NCBI GenBank assembly: GCA_051294375.1
Contig: CM119270.1
Coordinates: 11,077,626 to 11,141,625 of the forward strand
Reading direction: 5' to 3'
From: Paraspadella gotoi
Taxonomy: Eukaryota; Animalia; Chaetognatha
DNA: 64,000 bases
Under the pieces are notes generated by a model. The model was given only the letters and a program-made list of their open reading frames with translations. It searched no databases and had not been told where the DNA came from. This document shows positions 61,505-64,000 of this stretch, in pieces (position 1 is the stretch's first letter; every line of letters begins with the position of its first letter). The position numbers were made by a program, and so were the translations under genes.

Positions 61505-61989
61505 TGGTGATATAAATCCTTTCTTTTCGTTGTTTGGGAACGAATTACAGAGACAGTTTTGAGTTTAGTTTTTGACAACGATTTTATTTAATTCAAAACA
61601 GACATGTTCGGCTCCATTTTTCCAATTTCTTATTGTTAATACATTACACAATGTTAAAGAATTTTGCACTGTTTCTCTCTCTCTCATCTCTCTCTCTCTT
61701 TTTCACCATTTCAGCTTCTTTTCACAACTTACTGCTGTCTTTTCTCAAACTTCAGCCTGTCCTCCACCAATTGACCAACTGTTCCTATATCTAAACTCCT
61801 GTGTTGGGAAACTTTGGCCGCTCATCATCTCTATGTTTATCTAAGTCTTTCTCTCTTCCTTTAACACAAAAATATTTTCAAAGTTCACTAACGCTGAATG
61901 AAAGGCTTTGAAATGAAGCCGAAACATGTCTGTGTTTTGAATTAAATAAAATCGTTGTCAAAAAACTAGACTCAAAACTGTCTCTAATA
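61505..61989 (-). mobile_element. Short Penelope-like (PLE) insertion 2: inverted arms, hammerhead, tail and TSD
   Basis: Arms ~61549-61620 (-) and ~61911-61985 (+). The tail 61505-61548 reads ..AACAACGAAAAGAAAGGA.. on the minus strand. TSD GTCAAATG(T)GACCT at 61492-61504 and 61990-62003. Confidence 0.75.
61891..61933 (+). ncRNA. Minimal type I hammerhead ribozyme motif
   Basis: acg-CTGA(a)TGA-aa-ggctt(tgaaatg)aagcc-GAAAC-ATG-TC-tgt. Stem II is a perfect 5 bp, stem I is acg/tgt, and AATAAA follows at 61945-61950. The extra A's are consistent with homopolymer read errors. Confidence 0.72.
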
Positions 61990-64000
61990 GTCAAATGTGA
62001 CCTGTAAAATAATGAATTCTGATTTGGGAGTGATTTCGCATCCATTGTTTTCACCCGTAGCTCTAGCGGATTTCTTCCTCTTATGATCCGGAGATTCGTC
62101 AGACGAGAAACATAATCTCCATCGATCGAGAAATCGATCGCAATCCAGCTCAGATCGAGCGATGTTTCAGTCCGGCCCTTGCGCGTCTTCTCTAACAAAA
62201 AATCGAAAGATTCCGAGGAGAAGAAAGGTTGCCTTCGCGACGGGCCCGCCCTTGATTACATCAATGGTTCGCCGGCTTCTTCGCCAACATCATTCATTCG
62301 TCGGTCCATGCCACACCGTCCTGCAGCAACCGTCGTCTTGCATCAACGTCCAGCACCGACTCCATCGGTCGTGCCCACGCCCACTCCATTGTCTGTCACA
62401 CCAACTCCATTGTCGTCCTTCGTCAAGTTTATTATATTATTATTATTTATCAGTATCAAGATTTAGTATAAACCTAGCGCCGAGACAAATCAAACGAGCA
62501 TAAGAAAAATAATATATATAATAAATATAATCATATTAATTGAGTCAACATTCAGATTAGTCTTTAACTTTGGTTATAAAAAAATCTGGCCTCATAAACC
62601 CTTTTAGTTCGATATTTTCACCAGCGGTTATTTTTATGGTGCTTATAATTTTAACTATACCCTGACTATCCAACAAAACAGATTCCTTGTGGAGATGTTC
62701 ACAAAAAAGGAGGAGATAGCAAAGTTATACTGCTCAATTTTGATAAAGGAAAAAAATCTGGAGTTCTTAAAATATTAAATGTGGAAATACTGTAATGTAA
62801 TTCATTTCCATTTTTTTTAAATGCTAAAATTAGACGGATTATTTGAATGAGAGAAAGTGAAGAATATCTTGCCTCGTCTTCTCTTTCTCATCAGCTTGTG
62901 CCAGAAAAAGTAACAATTTCTCTCTATACAATAAATTTTTCGCTGAGGTTTGAATCAATGTTTTACTAAGAAAACGGTTCTGCTTTCATTCGTTTCATCA
63001 CCAGTCTGAAACTTGTTGTCTATGAGTTTTCTAAACCAGCATTTTTTTCTCGTATTTTCCTCTCAATTAAACATACAATTTTGAAACTCTTGTCGACTCA
63101 TTTTTGGACGGGGGATGCTTGAAGTTGTTTTCGCGTGCGAGAAAATAAAATTCTTTTTCAGCAGAGGAGAGAGAGAGAGAGAGAGAGTGAGAAAAATAGA
63201 GAAAGAGAGATAAAGTCGATTGTGTTCACAGGTCTGGGGCGTTTATTTCGTGTTCTTTTTCTCGTTTATATTTCCTTGATAATTGCGTTCATAAAATCTT
63301 AATGTAATTGGCTTTAAATATATCAAAATTTTCATTGGCTTAACTGAGAAACAACTTTTTTTTAGTAAATATAATACGCAAAAACTAAATTTGAAGTGGT
63401 CACGTGACAATTATCCACCATGCACAGTTCGCAAATGAGATTTTTTTAAAAAAAATTGTTAAAGAATCTGCAGTGGATCTGAATATTGTTTTTGGAAATT
63501 ATTAAATTGTGATATCAAATAAACTACATTAGGGTAAACGGATCACCGACAGCAACATGAATAGAATTTGGGAAATGTATATATGCAATATGATCCGCCC
63601 CTACTCTTCACAAATCTTCTTTGTGACTAAACTAAAACAGAAATTTGAAAAAAAATATTCCTATGTTTTGGAGAGAGAGAGAGAGAGAGGGAGAGAGAGA
63701 GAATGAGCCAGCCTTGGTTTTTGGCTGCAGCTGTAGATCTTCATTTATTCTTCCGCTCGACTTCTTCTTTTCACTGATGTTCATTTAAGTGGTTTTCTGC
63801 AGGATTCTTTTTCCTCTCGCCACAGTGATTCTTTTTTCTCTCACCACAGTAATTTTATAACCCTAGTTCCGGTTGTTATTCAAAGCGCCGATGTTTATAT
63901 TTTGTCTTTCAACGAATTGTTTTCACTGTTCTGTTCCACAGGATTCAATGCGTTGCTATTTTTCATCTGCTTTAGCCACAGGGATTCCCAGTTTTTTTTA

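Larger units (their letters stand above)
59688..64000. repeat. Inverted repeat, arms ~59688-60030 and ~63670-64000 (right arm runs off the window)
   Basis: 'aaccaaggctggctcattct' mirrors 'agaatgagccagccttggtt'; 'aatataaacatcggcgctttgaataac' mirrors 'gttattcaaagcgccgatgtttatatt'. Confidence 0.88.

Overview
Eukaryotic, AT-rich, (GA/CT)n-saturated, essentially non-coding DNA. It is probably from an invertebrate animal (inferred from the 4-bp LTR target-site duplication (TSD), Penelope-type hammerheads and an arthropod-type Inr) and from a draft assembly patched with noisy long reads (many 25-N gaps, indel-rich duplicate segments). Almost all supplied ORFs are translations of microsatellites or N runs, and no protein family is confidently recognisable. 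The informative content is mobile DNA and architecture. (1) A complete 764-bp TRIM at 38246-39009 has TG..CA LTRs, a GTAC TSD, a tRNA-Trp-like primer-binding site (PBS) and a G-rich tract at the polypurine-tract (PPT) position. Its LTRs carry tRNA-type Pol III A/B boxes (Helenus/TRIMp3-like), and the matching empty site is in the same window at 33157-33160. (2) A near-complete free copy of the same LTR at 45366-45613 lacks the TG/CA ends and is flanked by a 24-bp duplication in a (TAA)n tract. (3) Two related ~450-490-bp Penelope-like insertions (60556-61005, 61505-61989) have inverted arms, minimal hammerhead ribozyme motifs, a shared tail motif and 13-14-bp TSDs. (4) A ~9.7-kb palindrome (20665-30345) mirrors a CRE/double-CCAAT promoter-like module, ends in a 14-bp satellite, and overlaps a ~6-kb tandem duplication. 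Several of the large duplications may be assembly artefacts. Boundaries of the large repeats were aligned by eye and are approximate.
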